Shown here in pieces: positions 11,476 to 24,324 of a stretch of DNA of 64,000 bases. Position 1 is the first letter of the stretch. Each line of letters starts with the position of its first letter. Location of the stretch: NCBI RefSeq assembly GCF_009914755.1, contig NC_060947.1; one strand, given 5' to 3'. Below the pieces are notes generated by a model. That model was not told the origin of the DNA. It worked only from the letters and a program-made list of their open reading frames with translations, and ran no database searches. This stretch comes from the human T2T-CHM13v2.0 reference genome, Homo sapiens. The translations under genes and the position numbers were made by a program.

Positions 11476-13007
11476 CAATGGATAAATGATGTACTCTCTG
11501 GGGCCACTCTAGTGAGTCTGCTCTCAGCCAGGCACAGCTGGATGTAGGTTACCAGTTGTTACTCATTCCTGCTGTTCACAGTTTCCTCTAAAGAGGCTCA
11601 ACTGCTGCCATGTTTTCAGGTCAGCGGGTGGCAAGGCCTTTGCTGCCTCCGGTATTGAAACTTGCACAACAGTTTGTTGACTTGAATCTTATGGAAATTG
11701 TTGCTGCATTAATTGGCATGGACTGAGCTTTGTGTATTATTTAAGTTGTCATCAGCCACAGTGGGTAGATTCATAGTCATAGGGGCACTGGTTCTTCCAG
11801 GTGGTTCTTCCATACCTCAAAGGTAGCCTTGATTGCTAGTGGGCCTATTTCCAAATTAGGAGGCTCAGTAGCCACTTCCTTGAGGCTCACGGGCAGGGGA
11901 CCTGTGAACTGGGTCCTATGACCACAGTGTTGGTGACACAGGGATAGGTGAAATCAGGATAAGCAAAACAGATATGCATTTCTAGAACAATGTAGTTGTG
12001 TCCAGGCTGATGTTTTTATTATACAAATAACATAGGAATAATATTCTTGTTGTGAAAAAAAATCAATTCAGCTACAATTCAAATCTCTATCTCTCCGGTC
12101 CCACTCTGCTCCCCGAAGGTAACCACTGTTATCAGTGGAGAGTGCCCACTTTCTTCCAAATCTCTTTCTGTGCATACACAGTTTGGTTTTATGTGGGTAC
12201 TTAAAAATAAATGGTGTCACACCATATATACTAATCTGCTTTTTTTCACTTAGGAATATGTCTTGGAAACCTTTCTGTTTTAGGAGACATATGGATCTAG
12301 TTCATTCTTGTTTTCTTAATTAAACTTTTAATTGTGATTAAATTATGGATTCACATGCAGTATAAGAAATAATACAGAGAGGTCCCATGTACCCTTCACC
12401 CAGTTTTCCTCAATAATCACTTCTTGCAAAACTATAGTACAATATACAAGCAGGGTGTTGCCTTTATACAGTCAAGATACAGAATATTTCCATCACCACA
12501 AGGATACTTCAAGTCATCCTATCATAGCCACGCCTATTTCCCTCCCACCCTAACCTCCTACTTAACCCCTAGCGACCACTCATCTATTCTCCATTTCTAA
12601 AATACAGTTGTTTCAACCAGGTTATGTAGTAAAATAGAATCACACAGTATGCAAACTTTAGGGATTTTGTTTTCAGTCAGCATAATTTTCTGGAGATCCA
12701 TCCAGGTTGTTGCGTGTATCAATAGTCTGCCCCTACCCCTTTTCCAATAATCTGCTCCTTTTTATTGCCGAGTAGTCTTCCATGGCATGAATGTATCAAA
12801 GACCGTTTATCCATTCACCCACTGAAGGGCATGTGGGTTATTCCCAGTTTTGGGCTCTTATAAATAATGCTGCTATAAACCTTCACGTAACAGGTTTTTA
12901 TGTGGAAATAAGTTTTCATTTCTCTGGGATAAATGCCCAAGAGTACAATTGCTGAGTCATATGGTAATTGCATGTTTAGTTTAAAAAACAAAAAACAAAA
13001 AACTGAC

Positions 13008-13383
<376 letters not shown>

Positions 13384-13921
13384 TCATCATCATTTGGTGT
13401 TCTCACTGTTTTCCCTTTTAGCCGTTCTTCTCTAGGTGTGAAGTAATATCTCATTCTGGTTTCAATTCTCATTCCCCTAAGATTAGTGATGTTGAACATT
13501 GTTTCATGAGCTTCTTTGCCATCTGTATATCTTCTTCAGTGACTTGTCTATTTATGTCTTTAGCCCATTTTCTGGTTGAGTTGTTTGAATTTTTAACTGT
13601 CGAGTTTTGACAGTTCTTTATACATTTTAGATACCAGTCCTTTGTCAGACATATGGTTTGCAAACATTTTCTCTTGGTCTGAAGCTTTTTCTCATCCTCT
13701 TAACAAGGACTCCATAGAACAAAACTTGCTAATTTTGATGAAGTCCAATTTATCAATTTTGTTTTTTTGGATGTGTTTTGGTTTTCAAGTATAAGGTCTG
13801 GCTTATATGGCTAGCTTTAGATTCCAAACACTTTCCTGTTTCTTCCTAAAAATTTTATAATTTTACATTTAAGTTTCTGATCCATTTTGTTGATTTTTTT
13901 TTTGTATAAGGTGTGAGATAG

Positions 13922-14351
13922 ATTATATCATTTCCTGAGGCTGCCGTAACAAGTAACTGTAAACTTGGTAGCTTTAAACAACAGAATGTATTCTCTCATG
14001 ATTGTGGAGGCCAGAAGTCTGAGCTTAAGGTGTGGGCAGGGTTGCACTCCCTCTGGAGGCTCTAGGAGAGGATCCTTCCTTGTCTAGTCCCGCTTCTGCG
14101 GGCTGCCAATACTCCTTGGCTTATGGCCATGTCACTGCAATCTCTACCTCCATCTTCACATCATCATCTCCTCTGTGTGTCCGTCTTATAAGGATACGTG
14201 TCATTAGATTTAGGACTCACTTGAATCCAGAATGATCTCCTCATCTTAATTATACTTGCAAAAGCTCATCTTCCAAATAAGGTAACATCCCTAGGCTCCG
14301 GGAATCAGGACGTAGACGTATCTTTTGGGAGGGCACCATTCAGCCCACTAC
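13922..14351 (-). mobile_element. MLT1B-like MaLR solo LTR inserted in L1
   Basis: 'tttcctgaggctgccgtaacaag...ggaggccagaagtctgag...ctctggaggctctaggagaggatccttcc...ggcaccattcagcccactaca'. Confidence 0.85.
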
Positions 14352-17300
14352 ACAGGTCAAAGTTCATTTTTTGGTCTATGTCCAGTTGCTCCAGCACCAT
14401 TCAAAAAGGCTATCTTTCTTCCATTGAATTGCTTTTGTACCTTTGTTGAAAATCAGTGGGGCATATTTGTGTGGGTCTATTTCTAGGTTCTCTACTCTGT
14501 TTCATTGATCTGTGTGTCTGTCCCTCCACCAATACTACATAGTCTTGATTATTGTAGCTACATAATAAGTCCTGAAATTGGATAGAGTGATTCCTCCCAC
14601 TTTATTCTCCCTTTTCAAAATTGTTTTGGCTATTCTAGTTTCTTTGCCTTTCCATATAAATTTTGGAATAAACTTGTCTATGTTTAAAATATCCTCCTGG
14701 AATTTTGATAGAGATTGAGCTAAAACTATACATAAATTTGGGGAGAACTAACATCTTTACTATGTTAAGTCTTCTGATCCATGAATGTGGCATATTTCTT
14801 TCTCTATTTAGGTCTTCTTTGATTTCTGTCATCAGCATTTTGTAGTTTTCAGCATATAAGCTCTATACATATCTTGTTACATTTACACTTAAGTATTTTG
14901 TTCTTGAGCAAGTGTAAATGGCACTGTATTTTTAATTTCAGCATCCATGTGTTCATTGCTAGTATATAGAAATACAATTTATTTTTGCAAGCTTATCTTG
15001 TATCCTGCAACCTTGCTAAGCTCACTTATTAGTTCTAGGAATTGTCTTGTAGATTCCTTGGGATTTTCTATGTAGACTATAATGCCGTCTCCAAATAGGA
15101 GCAGTTTTATTTATTCTTTTATAATCTACATGTTTTATCTTTTCTTTTTTCTTCTTTTTTTTTTTTTGCCTTATTACACTGGTTAGAACTTCCAACACTA
15201 TGTTGAATTAAGGTGGTGAGAGCAGAGATCCTTGCCTTGTTTCCAATCTGAGGGGGAAAGCATTTAGTCTTTCAAGCATTGTGTTTAATGTTAGGTATAA
15301 GTCTAATATTGCTTGATCCAGAAAAAAATATATATATATTTGGTGTAAGTTGTATGTAGATGCTCAAGTTAAGGAAGTTCCCTTTTTGCCCTATTTCTCA
15401 GAGTTTTTTTTAACTTATAATAAGTGTTAGATTTTATCAAATGCTTTTTCTGCATTGATTAATATGATCATGTGATTTCTATTAGTTTGTTACACTGATT
15501 GTGTAGAATTAGCATACAATTCTTTAAACATTTGGTAGAATTCTCCAGTGAAACCATCTGGACCTGGAGATTTTAAAGGGAGTAGTTTTAAAATTATGAA
15601 TTTCATGTTTTTAATAGTTATAGGGCTATTCAAATCATCTATTTCATATTTGGTAGATTTGGGAAGTTTATATTTTTCAAGAAATTGGTCTGTTTCATCA
15701 AAGTTGTCAAAGCATGTAGCATTGTTCATAGTATTCCCTTATTACCCATTTGATGTCTGAAGGCTCTGTAGTGATATTCATTTCCTTCCTGATATGAGCA
15801 ATTTGTATGTCTTGCTAGAGGTTTGTCAATCTTACTGATCTTTTCAAAGAAGCAGCTCTTTATTTCATTGATTTTCTCTATTTTTCTATTTTCAATTCTG
15901 CTTATTTATGCTGTTATTTTTATTATTTTCTTCCTTCTGTTTGCTTTGGCTTTATTTTGCTCTCCTTGTTCTAGTTACTTGAGGTAGGAACTTAGATGAT
16001 TGATTTGAGACCTTTTTTCTTTTATAGTATAAGCATTTGGAGCTATAAACTTCTTTTTAAGCATTGCTTTAGTTGCATCTCATAAATTTTTCTATGTTGT
16101 ATTTTCATTTTGATTCAGTTAAATGTATTTTTAAAATTTATCTTGAAATTTAAATTTTCATATTTGACCCATGGGTTATTTTAAAGTGTGTTGTTTATTT
16201 TTCAAGTTTTAGATATTTTCTTATCTTTCTGTTATTGATTTCCAATTTGGTCACAGAATACATTTCATTTGATTTCAATTATTTTAAATTTGTTGACATT
16301 TGTTTTATGACACAGGATATGTCTAACATGTTTTGTATTCCATGGGCACTTGAAAAGGATGTGTACTCTTCTGCTGTTGGATGAGATGTTCTATAAATGT
16401 CAAATCAAATCCTGTTGTTTGAGGGTGTTGTTGAGTTCCTATATACCCTTGCTGATTTTCTATCTAGTAGGTCTATCCCAGATGCCTGCTCAGCCTTCTC
16501 TGACTTCACCCCAGTGGGGAAATTTGGGGCACCTGGTTATAGCTTAGCAAGGGTGAAAAGCTATGTTTTCAACCCCTCCTTTGCTGGTGGGGTTGGGAAC
16601 GGGACCACATATTTTTTTCTGTGGTATTTGGCTAAAGAATTAGTGTATAAAAATTTCTGTCTTGGTAAGAGAGCATGATTTTTAAAAAATCTGCCCCTGT
16701 TGGTATTTTCAGTTTGCAGACTTTTTCAGCTTCAACTCTGGGATATATGAGGCAAAACAAAAATCCAGGGAACTCACCACATGCCGTTCCTTGAGTCCTG
16801 AGGTCTCTTGCAGGTGTACATTCTTCTCTCCACCTCCTCTCCAGTCTTTTTGTGTTCATTTTATATATAATGCTCACGGTTTTTTGTTGTGCTTTAGAGG
16901 GAGGACCAGGGAAAAGTATGTCATTCCATCTTCCCAGAAGCAGAAGTCCTAACTTATTCTTTTAAAATGTTATGTAACTTTGCAGAGTATGACTTTTATC
17001 AGGATTTATTTAACTATTCACCCATTGATGAACTTTTAGGTTGTTTCTTAATTGTGGTGGCTAACACAATCTTTCAATAAACATCCATTCAATAAACATT
17101 TGTGTACACGTGCAGGAGTTTCTTCATGATAGATGCTAAGTGGCGTTGCTGGGTAATAGGGGATGCACATTTTCCATGTTAATGGGTGTTGTCCAATTTC
17201 TACCCATAATGGCTGTGCTCCACCCAGCAGTGTATGAGAGTAGCAGTTTTGCTCAACTTCTTGACAACACTTGATAATAGTCAGACTTTGAGTTCCGAAT

Positions 17301-18279
17301 GTAATGAGTGAAAGATGATATCTGGTGGTTGTTATCATTTGCCTTTCCTTGATTCCCAGAGGCTGAATATCTTTTCAAATGTCTGTTGGCCATCTGTAAC
17401 TCTCCTTTTGAATTACCTGTCCATATACTTTGCCCATATTTATTTTGAGTTGTTTACCTTTTTATTGATTTACAGAAATTCTCTATATATTTTTATTGTT
17501 CTTTGTCTAATACATACATTTCAAATATATTTCCCCAGTTTATTATTTGTCTTTTAACTTTATTGATGGTGTCTTTTGCCTAAAAAAAAATTATTCTTTT
17601 GTGTAGATTCAAATTTGTCAACCACTCCCTCCTGGCTTTTGGGTTGTGTTTGTGTGTTGTTTAAAATGACTTTCTCCATACCAAAGTCACAAATATATAA
17701 ATCTCTATTTTTCCCATTACAGGTTTCTATTCTTTTTTATATTTAGTTGTTTGAGCTATGTGGAATATGTGTGTGTATAGTATGAGGTAGGGATCTCATT
17801 TAATTTTTATCAAATGGAAAGCTAGTTACTTCAGCACTATTCGTTGAATAGTCCATTCTTTCACCACTGACTTATAAATGCAGCTTTTATTATTTTATTT
17901 AACACCTTTACATGAGTTGGCTTGAGAGCTCTCTGTTCTCTTTCACTCATTTGTCTACTTCTGTGCCAATGCCACACCCTGTTAATTACTGTAGATTTGA
18001 TACCTTGTATAATGTCATCCTTCATTTGTTCTTTTCCCCAAAAAAATTGTTTTGGCTCTTCTTATACATATTCTTTTTCACATGGATTTTAGAATCAGTT
18101 TGTCAGGTTCTGTGAAAAATTCCTCTGGAGATTTGATTGAAATAGCAATGAGATTATAGATTAATTTAGGGAGACATCTTTTCTCCTTTTCTCCACACAA
18201 CTTTTTCTCCTTCAGAAAGACCACTGGGGCCTGCACGAAAGATGTTCAGGGGTCAAAGAACCCACATAACCCATCCCCA

Positions 18280-18318
18280 ACACACACACACACAAACACA
18301 CACACAGAGACACACACA
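18280..18318. repeat. Interrupted (CA)n microsatellite
   Basis: acacacacacacacaaacacacacacagagacacacaca. Confidence 0.9.
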
Positions 18319-19944
18319 TTTGTGTCTGTGTATTTGTGAGGACCTACACTTCAGGCTCTGAGGGTAAATATTTATTATAAACAGAGGCTCTGGACACTTG
18401 CTCTGCTGTTCAGTGGTACTTCCAAAGTAGGGGCAACTCTTCCTTTTCCTGATCACAAACAAACCAACCCACCAAAACTCTGGCTTGATTACATACCTTG
18501 TTGAACTTCACAGAAGGGAGTGAAGAGTGGACCAAGTAGAGAAGCAGCATATGGTAACATTAGGAGCCAGTGGGGCTGTGCTGTTTTATCCAGGAGAGCC
18601 CAGGGTGACAGCAAGTTATCATGAATGGTGGAGGATGGGAAGTACCAGAAATTAGGAGTGGCCCCTGTTCCATGCTGGTGTCTGTGGGTTGGGGTCCTGT
18701 GGAACTAGGAAACAACCCACCCCAGAAGGGTGCACTCATTCATCATGCCCCTCTATATAGGGGAAGACGGGCTGGGTAGCAGGGCCTATTGGGCCTGAAT
18801 GTTCTGGATAGACCAAATTGTGGGTTCAGAGGAAGTTCTAGCTACCTTTGGGTCCACTGCTGACATAATACTCTCCAGTTCTGTGGAGATTTTGTCTTTG
18901 TGGGGTGCTGACACCTGGATACATTACCCTTCTACAATACAGCCATGCTACCTGCCCAGTGGTGTGTCCCTTCAATGTTGCCAGCTGGCAGCAGGTGCTC
19001 GCAGCCAGCTGCACAGGTGTTGATGCCTGGCCTCAAGGTGGGACTGCCAGAGCAGCTCAAGCTTCCCACTCAGGTGCTCCAGCAAATTGTAGGCCCAGAA
19101 AGACATTCAGTAGCGTGAGGCAGCCTTGGAGTTAAGCTGGAGCCCTCCAGACTTTTCCCAAGGAGGAAGTAGGGGCTGGCTTAGGGGTTCTGTGGTATGT
19201 GCAGATGCTGTCTGGGCAAGCAGCACTGCCCTCACCTGTGTTCCAGCTAACAGGATGGACACTGCACCCAGATATCTGCGTTCTCCCCCTACAAGGTCAT
19301 GGTCCTCAAGGCAGGAATGGGGTCTGAGCCACCAGCACTACTCTATGGACCTAACTGTCTAACAAAGCTGGCAAAATATTACTCAGATAGAAGGCAGAAT
19401 CAATTGTAGTAGATACCTGAGTAGAAGTACAAAGTGATGTATGGATTTTAATTGCCCCACTTTTTGAAATCCGATCTATCACTAAGTCCTTCCCATTCCC
19501 AGATCTGTAATCTTTTTTTTTCCCCTCATTTTCCTGACTCTAATTTAGACCCTGCTGAGCCTGCTGGGGTCTCAGGTGCTACTCCTCCAATCTGTTTTCC
19601 TTTGGTGCAGCTTTCGAACTCACAGCTCTGATCACTGCCCTCTGCCCTATATAATCTAAAACATATTTACAGAATCAAGCCCAATGCTTACCTGACTTTC
19701 TTCTTAAATGCCATTTATAGCTTTTCTTTTCTTTCTAAAATGGTAAATGTTTATTATGGTGCTTGACTTTCAAGGACCTCTATGAGGTGGTCCAACCTAC
19801 CCTTCCTTTGCTTGTGTGGGGGTGAGGACCTGGGAGGTTAGGGGGACCATGCAGCTTGATGCTATGGAAAGCACACCTCGAGCTCTGGAATCAGAGGTTA
19901 CTGGTTAATCTAGGCCCTCCCCTGCTTCTTATCTGCTTGACCCC

Positions 19945-20500
19945 GGCCCTCGCCTCACCGTTCCCCCGCCCAGTTTCCCTCTTGTTAAGGTGGTGTGATA
20001 AAAACGACCCCTATCCCGGGTTAGAGGTGAAAACTCAACGCGACAAGTGGAGGAGAGCGGGCTTTTAGCGCCAGAAGCTTCCATGATGCCCAGGTCCGCG
20101 GGCAGGGCGAGGGCACGGGCCGGGGAAGCAAGCGTTGCCGCGCCGCTACCGTCGGGGGCCGGCCCCCGGGCTGCTTTTCGTGCGCGGAGCAGCTCGGCCA
20201 GTCACCAGGCGCGTGCGGAGGCGGCGAGCCTGCGAGGGCGGCCGGTGCGGGCGCAGCCGGCGCGATGAGTCACCATCCCTCAGCACCTCCGGAACACGAG
20301 GCTGCTTGGAAGCAGCCGGGCCCCCGCCCGCCCTCCTCCCCCGCCCCGCGGAGTGGCGGCGCCAGCCCGATGCCCGGCAGAGGGCGCTGCAGTGCGGCTG
20401 CGGGGCCACCGGCCCGCGCTGCTCTGGCTGCCAAAGGCCGGCGCTGCCTTTGGCTCAGAGGGAAAGATCGGGGCCCAGGGATGGGGTGCGTGAGGAATGA
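19945..20500. promoter_or_regulatory. CpG island (intragenic promoter or enhancer candidate)
   Basis: Sharp rise in GC and CpG content against a CpG-depleted background; GC boxes (cccgcccgccc, ccccgccccgc at ~20321-20349); AP-1 site TGAGTCA at 20266-20272. Confidence 0.85.
20371..20389 (+). promoter_or_regulatory. Candidate CTCF-binding motif in the CpG island
   Basis: TGCCCGGCAGAGGGCGCTG vs consensus TGGCCACCAGGGGGCGCTA. Confidence 0.5.
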
Positions 20501-20899
20501 ATGTTTCTGCAGTGCCAGAGGTGGCTCTGTTTTTGATCCAGAAACGAAATGGACTTCAAGATTCAGACACTGGGCAGAGTGATGGGGCCGACACGGCCCC
20601 TACTGGAGAGTGTCCAGTCTTGATCGCCCCAAGCTTTTGAGCAGGGATGTCCTGTCCGAGGCTGGTGTCGTCCCCACTCTCGCCAGAGAGGATCTGTGAT
20701 AGGATGAGTCTCGCCTTTCCAAAATGAATCTGCCTAAGGACCCAGTCCTTGATCTCCTCTGTGACCTCTTTCACCTGAGGTGATGGAGGTTACGAAGATT
20801 GGAGCTGTCTGCAGTGGAGCGCAGGAGAAAGTGCACAAGCTTTCGGGTGACCAGGGTTTCAGTGCCAGCTCCATCATGAGATTGCTGTGTGACCTTGGT

Positions 20900-21360
20900 C
20901 ATTTCATTATTCATTCATTCATTCAGAAAACACTCACTGTGTCACAAGGCACTCACGGTGAAGGGAAGAGAAGGAGGCCAAGCCTGTGGAGACAATTGCC
21001 CTGACCATAAAATAGCTTAGGCCAGGTACAGAAACCCGACACGTAGGTAAACACTGGCTGAATGAACAAATGCGATGATTTAGTCACCACACACTAGGGC
21101 AGAGATTTTTGGTCACTTATGCTCCCGAGTACATGGAACAGTGCCTGACACACAGTGGGTGCTCAGTAATTTGTCGAATGAATGACAGAGGAATGTACTG
21201 AGTGTTCTGTGAGCACAGCAGAGGCCACCTAACTCACAAGATTCTGTGCTGTTTGAACCGAGTCTTGAAGGAAGGGTTGGGATTAGTTAGGCAGACAAGG
21301 GCCAGATGGAGGGTGATACAGGCAGAGAACAGCCTGTGCAAAAGCTAGGAGTCCTCAGAG
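20900..21360. mobile_element. L2 fragments in both orientations
   Basis: 'tcattcattcattca', 'aacagtgcctgacacacagtgggtgctcagtaatttgtcgaatgaatga', 'tttgaaccgagtcttgaagga...aggcagagaacagcctgtgcaaa'. Confidence 0.6.
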
Positions 21361-22429
21361 TTCTCACCTCTCTGAGCCTCAGTCCCTCCTGTGAGAAGGA
21401 AAGGATAGGGCTGGCTCTGTAATTTCTCAGATTTTTCTAGATCTAAGGTTCTCAGATTCAACAAATGAATCCAGTTACCCTAGTCAGAGCCTGACCAGTG
21501 CTGGGCAGTCCAAGAGACTCAGGTTTTGACTTTTGACTCAGCCCATCTGCAGAATAAAGGCCTGGTGATCTCAGGCACCCCTTCTCCATCTGCTTCCTCT
21601 GTCTTTCACCTTAGAAATCTCCCCCGAATCCTATCCCCATAGGATAAACTATCTGCAGCACAAAAGTCAGCACTTACTTGTATTCTGCCATGATTTTTCT
21701 TCGTGTTATTTTTTGAAATAGTCTTTATTTACAGATTTTTACACTAACACAGGCTAATTGTGAAAAAACAGGAAAGTACAAAGAAGAACATAAAAACTCT
21801 CCGTAATTTCACTACCTGGCATAGTTCCTTGATTTTTTTATGCCTTCATTAAAATACACACACACACACATACTTCAGCTCACACAGCAGCACTGACACA
21901 GATCGCTGTGAGTCTTGTGTTCCCAGCAAAAGCATGAGCTGGGGACAGTTCTCTCTTTCTCTCCATTAGTTTGTCTCTGATGGGAAGAGATGTTGGCTGG
22001 GACCCCAAAACTCTGACTCTTTAACCAGCTGCAGATCATCAGGCTAAATCCTCAAAGAACATACTGCTCAGAGGACGTTTCAGTCTGAGGCAGGGCTCTG
22101 GACGCAAACCACTATATGGCCTCTTCTTCCTTCCTGGAGTTGGGCTAGGGTTAAGCTAGATTATGTGGGGGCCACTAGCCCTGCTTTGGTCCAGACCAGA
22201 GACAGTGCTGAGCAGCTTTCTAGGGAGGGGGGAAGGGAGTGCTCTGGGATTTACTGCCCCACCTGTCTGAGAGAAGCCCCCAAAATAAACCCATAACCCT
22301 AGCTGACTTGGTTTCCCTTGGCCCCTGCCGTTTTAAAGCTCCATCCCCAACACAGTGGCTCCTTTTTTGCCCTGGTTCCTTGCTTTTCAATGTGTAACCC
22401 ATGGACCAGTGACATAGAAAACAAGATCT

Positions 22430-22582
22430 CTAGATGATGGTTTGTATGTTGACTCTGAGAAGCAAAGTGCAGATTCTGTTTCAGAAGGTCTGGAGAAGAA
22501 CCTGAAATTCTTCATTTTGTAACAAACTCTCAGGTAATGGTGACATAGCTGGTCCACAGACCACACTTTGAGTAGCAAAGAT
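22430..22582. mobile_element. MER5A hAT-Charlie MITE
   Basis: 'gcagattctgtttcagaaggtctgg...cattttgtaacaaactctcaggtaat...ctggtccacagaccacactttgagtagcaa'. Confidence 0.75.
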
Positions 22583-22650
22583 CTAGATTCCTCTTTTGAC
22601 CTTGTCTTCTCTGAAAGTGAAAGGGCAGGGGAAACTCCCTAGAGGTGAGG

Positions 22651-22695
22651 GTGTGTACACACACACACGCGTGCGCATACACACACACACACACA
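22651..22695. repeat. Alternating purine-pyrimidine (GT/CA/CG) microsatellite
   Basis: gtgtgtacacacacacacgcgtgcgcatacacacacacacacaca. Confidence 0.9.
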
Positions 22696-23117
22696 AATAT
22701 TGAGGACTATGTTCTGGGTGTTCAGTGAATGCTTGCCCTGTTAATGCAGAAAGCTGAGGAGTGAGAAGACTTAAAGCTGTGTTCCCACCTCTCCAATCAC
22801 TTATTCATTTCAGTGATGATAGCATCAGTTTCTCAGTCACCAAATGGAATTGGTTCCTTAGACATTTTTGCCCTGGCTCTGCCTCTATTTTCTTATTGCT
22901 TCTATTCTCAGACACTTCTCATCTATCCCCTGCCTTCCTGTCTGTGGTCCCTTTCCCTCCAGTTCACTGCCTGTCACCCAATTCTTGTTACCCAAATCCA
23001 ACTTAAAATCACTGGACGTGTGTGCTTCAAGGGAGAGTAAGTGGGCAGAGAAAGGGAGCTTCTCCTCAGGGCCCAGGTAGGCCTTCAAACTTCCCTTACT
23101 CTGAATCTATACTGGGG

Positions 23118-23245
23118 TAGCATTATTATTCCCTAGGAAACTGAGGCTCAGAGACATTGAGTAACTTGTCCAAGGTCACACAGTGAGGAAGTCAGAATTG
23201 AGATACGAATCCACATCTCTTTAGTTTTAAAGCCTGGGCTCTCCA
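23118..23245 (-). mobile_element. MIR SINE
   Basis: 'aggaaactgaggctcagagacattgagtaacttgtccaaggtcacacag'. Confidence 0.75.
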
Positions 23246-23956
23246 CGATATCATCCCTTCATCTTACTCAGGGGGAAGATGAAGATTGGGTGACTTAAGG
23301 TCATTCAGGGAGTCAGGGATGGGACTGAGGCTGGAAACTCCCTTCTTCTGACACTGTAAGTAAATTTTCATTCGGTAGCTCCTCTGCTCAGAAGCCTTCA
23401 GAGAAACCCTCTTGCCTATAGAATTGAAACTTCTGAGCCTGACAGCCAAGGCTGTCATGGTGCCCCTGCCTCAGCTCGGCTTCTCCTTCTTCCCCAGCAC
23501 TTTACTTGGCATGTGGAGGTGCTAGACCATCTCTCTTTTCCTCACCTACCAGTGGGGTTCTTCCCTGAATCCTGTTCCTCCCTAGCCTCAGTCATGCCTT
23601 AGAATTCCTCTACCATGGTGCCTCTGCTCTCTGGGATATTTTCTCGACCTCAAACACCCAGGCACTCTACCTGCTTCTCAGAATCTTTCCCATGCTTCAA
23701 GAGCATAGGTTCTCACCCCTCTGGGAAGCCCCCCACCCACCAAAGCTGCCCTGAGCCCTTAGAGCCTTGAGCTAGGAGCCTGTCACTTTAGCAGTGCTGC
23801 CGCCTGTTGGTGGTTTGAAGAGCTCCACCCCAACTCACAGATGAGGCCAATAAATATTATTATACTATAATAAGCCTCTGCAGCTATACCCCATGGCTTG
23901 AAGAACTATTTCCAGAATCTTTCTTCTCCATTCTGAACTTGCTTTCATTACTTTAA

Positions 23957-24324
23957 TGTCTCAACCCATTTGGGCTGCTGTAACAAGATACCATGGACAT
24001 GTGGCTTAAACAACAATTTTTTTTTTCTTACAGTTCTGGAAGCTGGGAGTTTTAAGATCACTGCACCCATAGATCCGGTGTCTGGTGAGGGTCCTCTTCC
24101 AGGTTTGCAGATGGCCCCCTTCTCCTTGTGTCCTCACTTGGCAGAGAACAGAGAGAGGAAGCAAGCTCTCTGATGTTTCTTTTTGTAAGGGCACTAATCC
24201 CATCATGAGGGATCCACCCTCAAGAACTAATCACCTCCCAAAGGCCCCATCTCCCCGTACCATCTCACTGGGGAGTAGGGTTTCAACATATGAAGAAGGG
24301 TGCACAGACATTCAATCCATGACA
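23957..24324 (-). mobile_element. MLT1A-type MaLR solo LTR
   Basis: 'catttgggctgctgtaacaagataccat...tggcttaaacaaca...ggtgtctggtgagggtcc...aagggcactaatcccatcatgaggg...acagacattcaatccatgaca'. Confidence 0.88.

Noticed and set aside
14635-15729. Reverse-transcriptase-like peptides
   Set aside because: Fragmented ORF2 of a dead L1MC element, not a functional gene.
20047-20582. Several overlapping Arg/Ala/Gly/Pro-rich ORFs in the CpG island
   Set aside because: Stop-codon scarcity in GC-rich DNA; no family similarity, and the visible donor is phase 0 for the ATG-initiated frame.
23795-23812. Reverse-strand CTCF-like sequence CCAACAGGCGGCAGCA
   Set aside because: Two mismatches in core positions; too weak to call.
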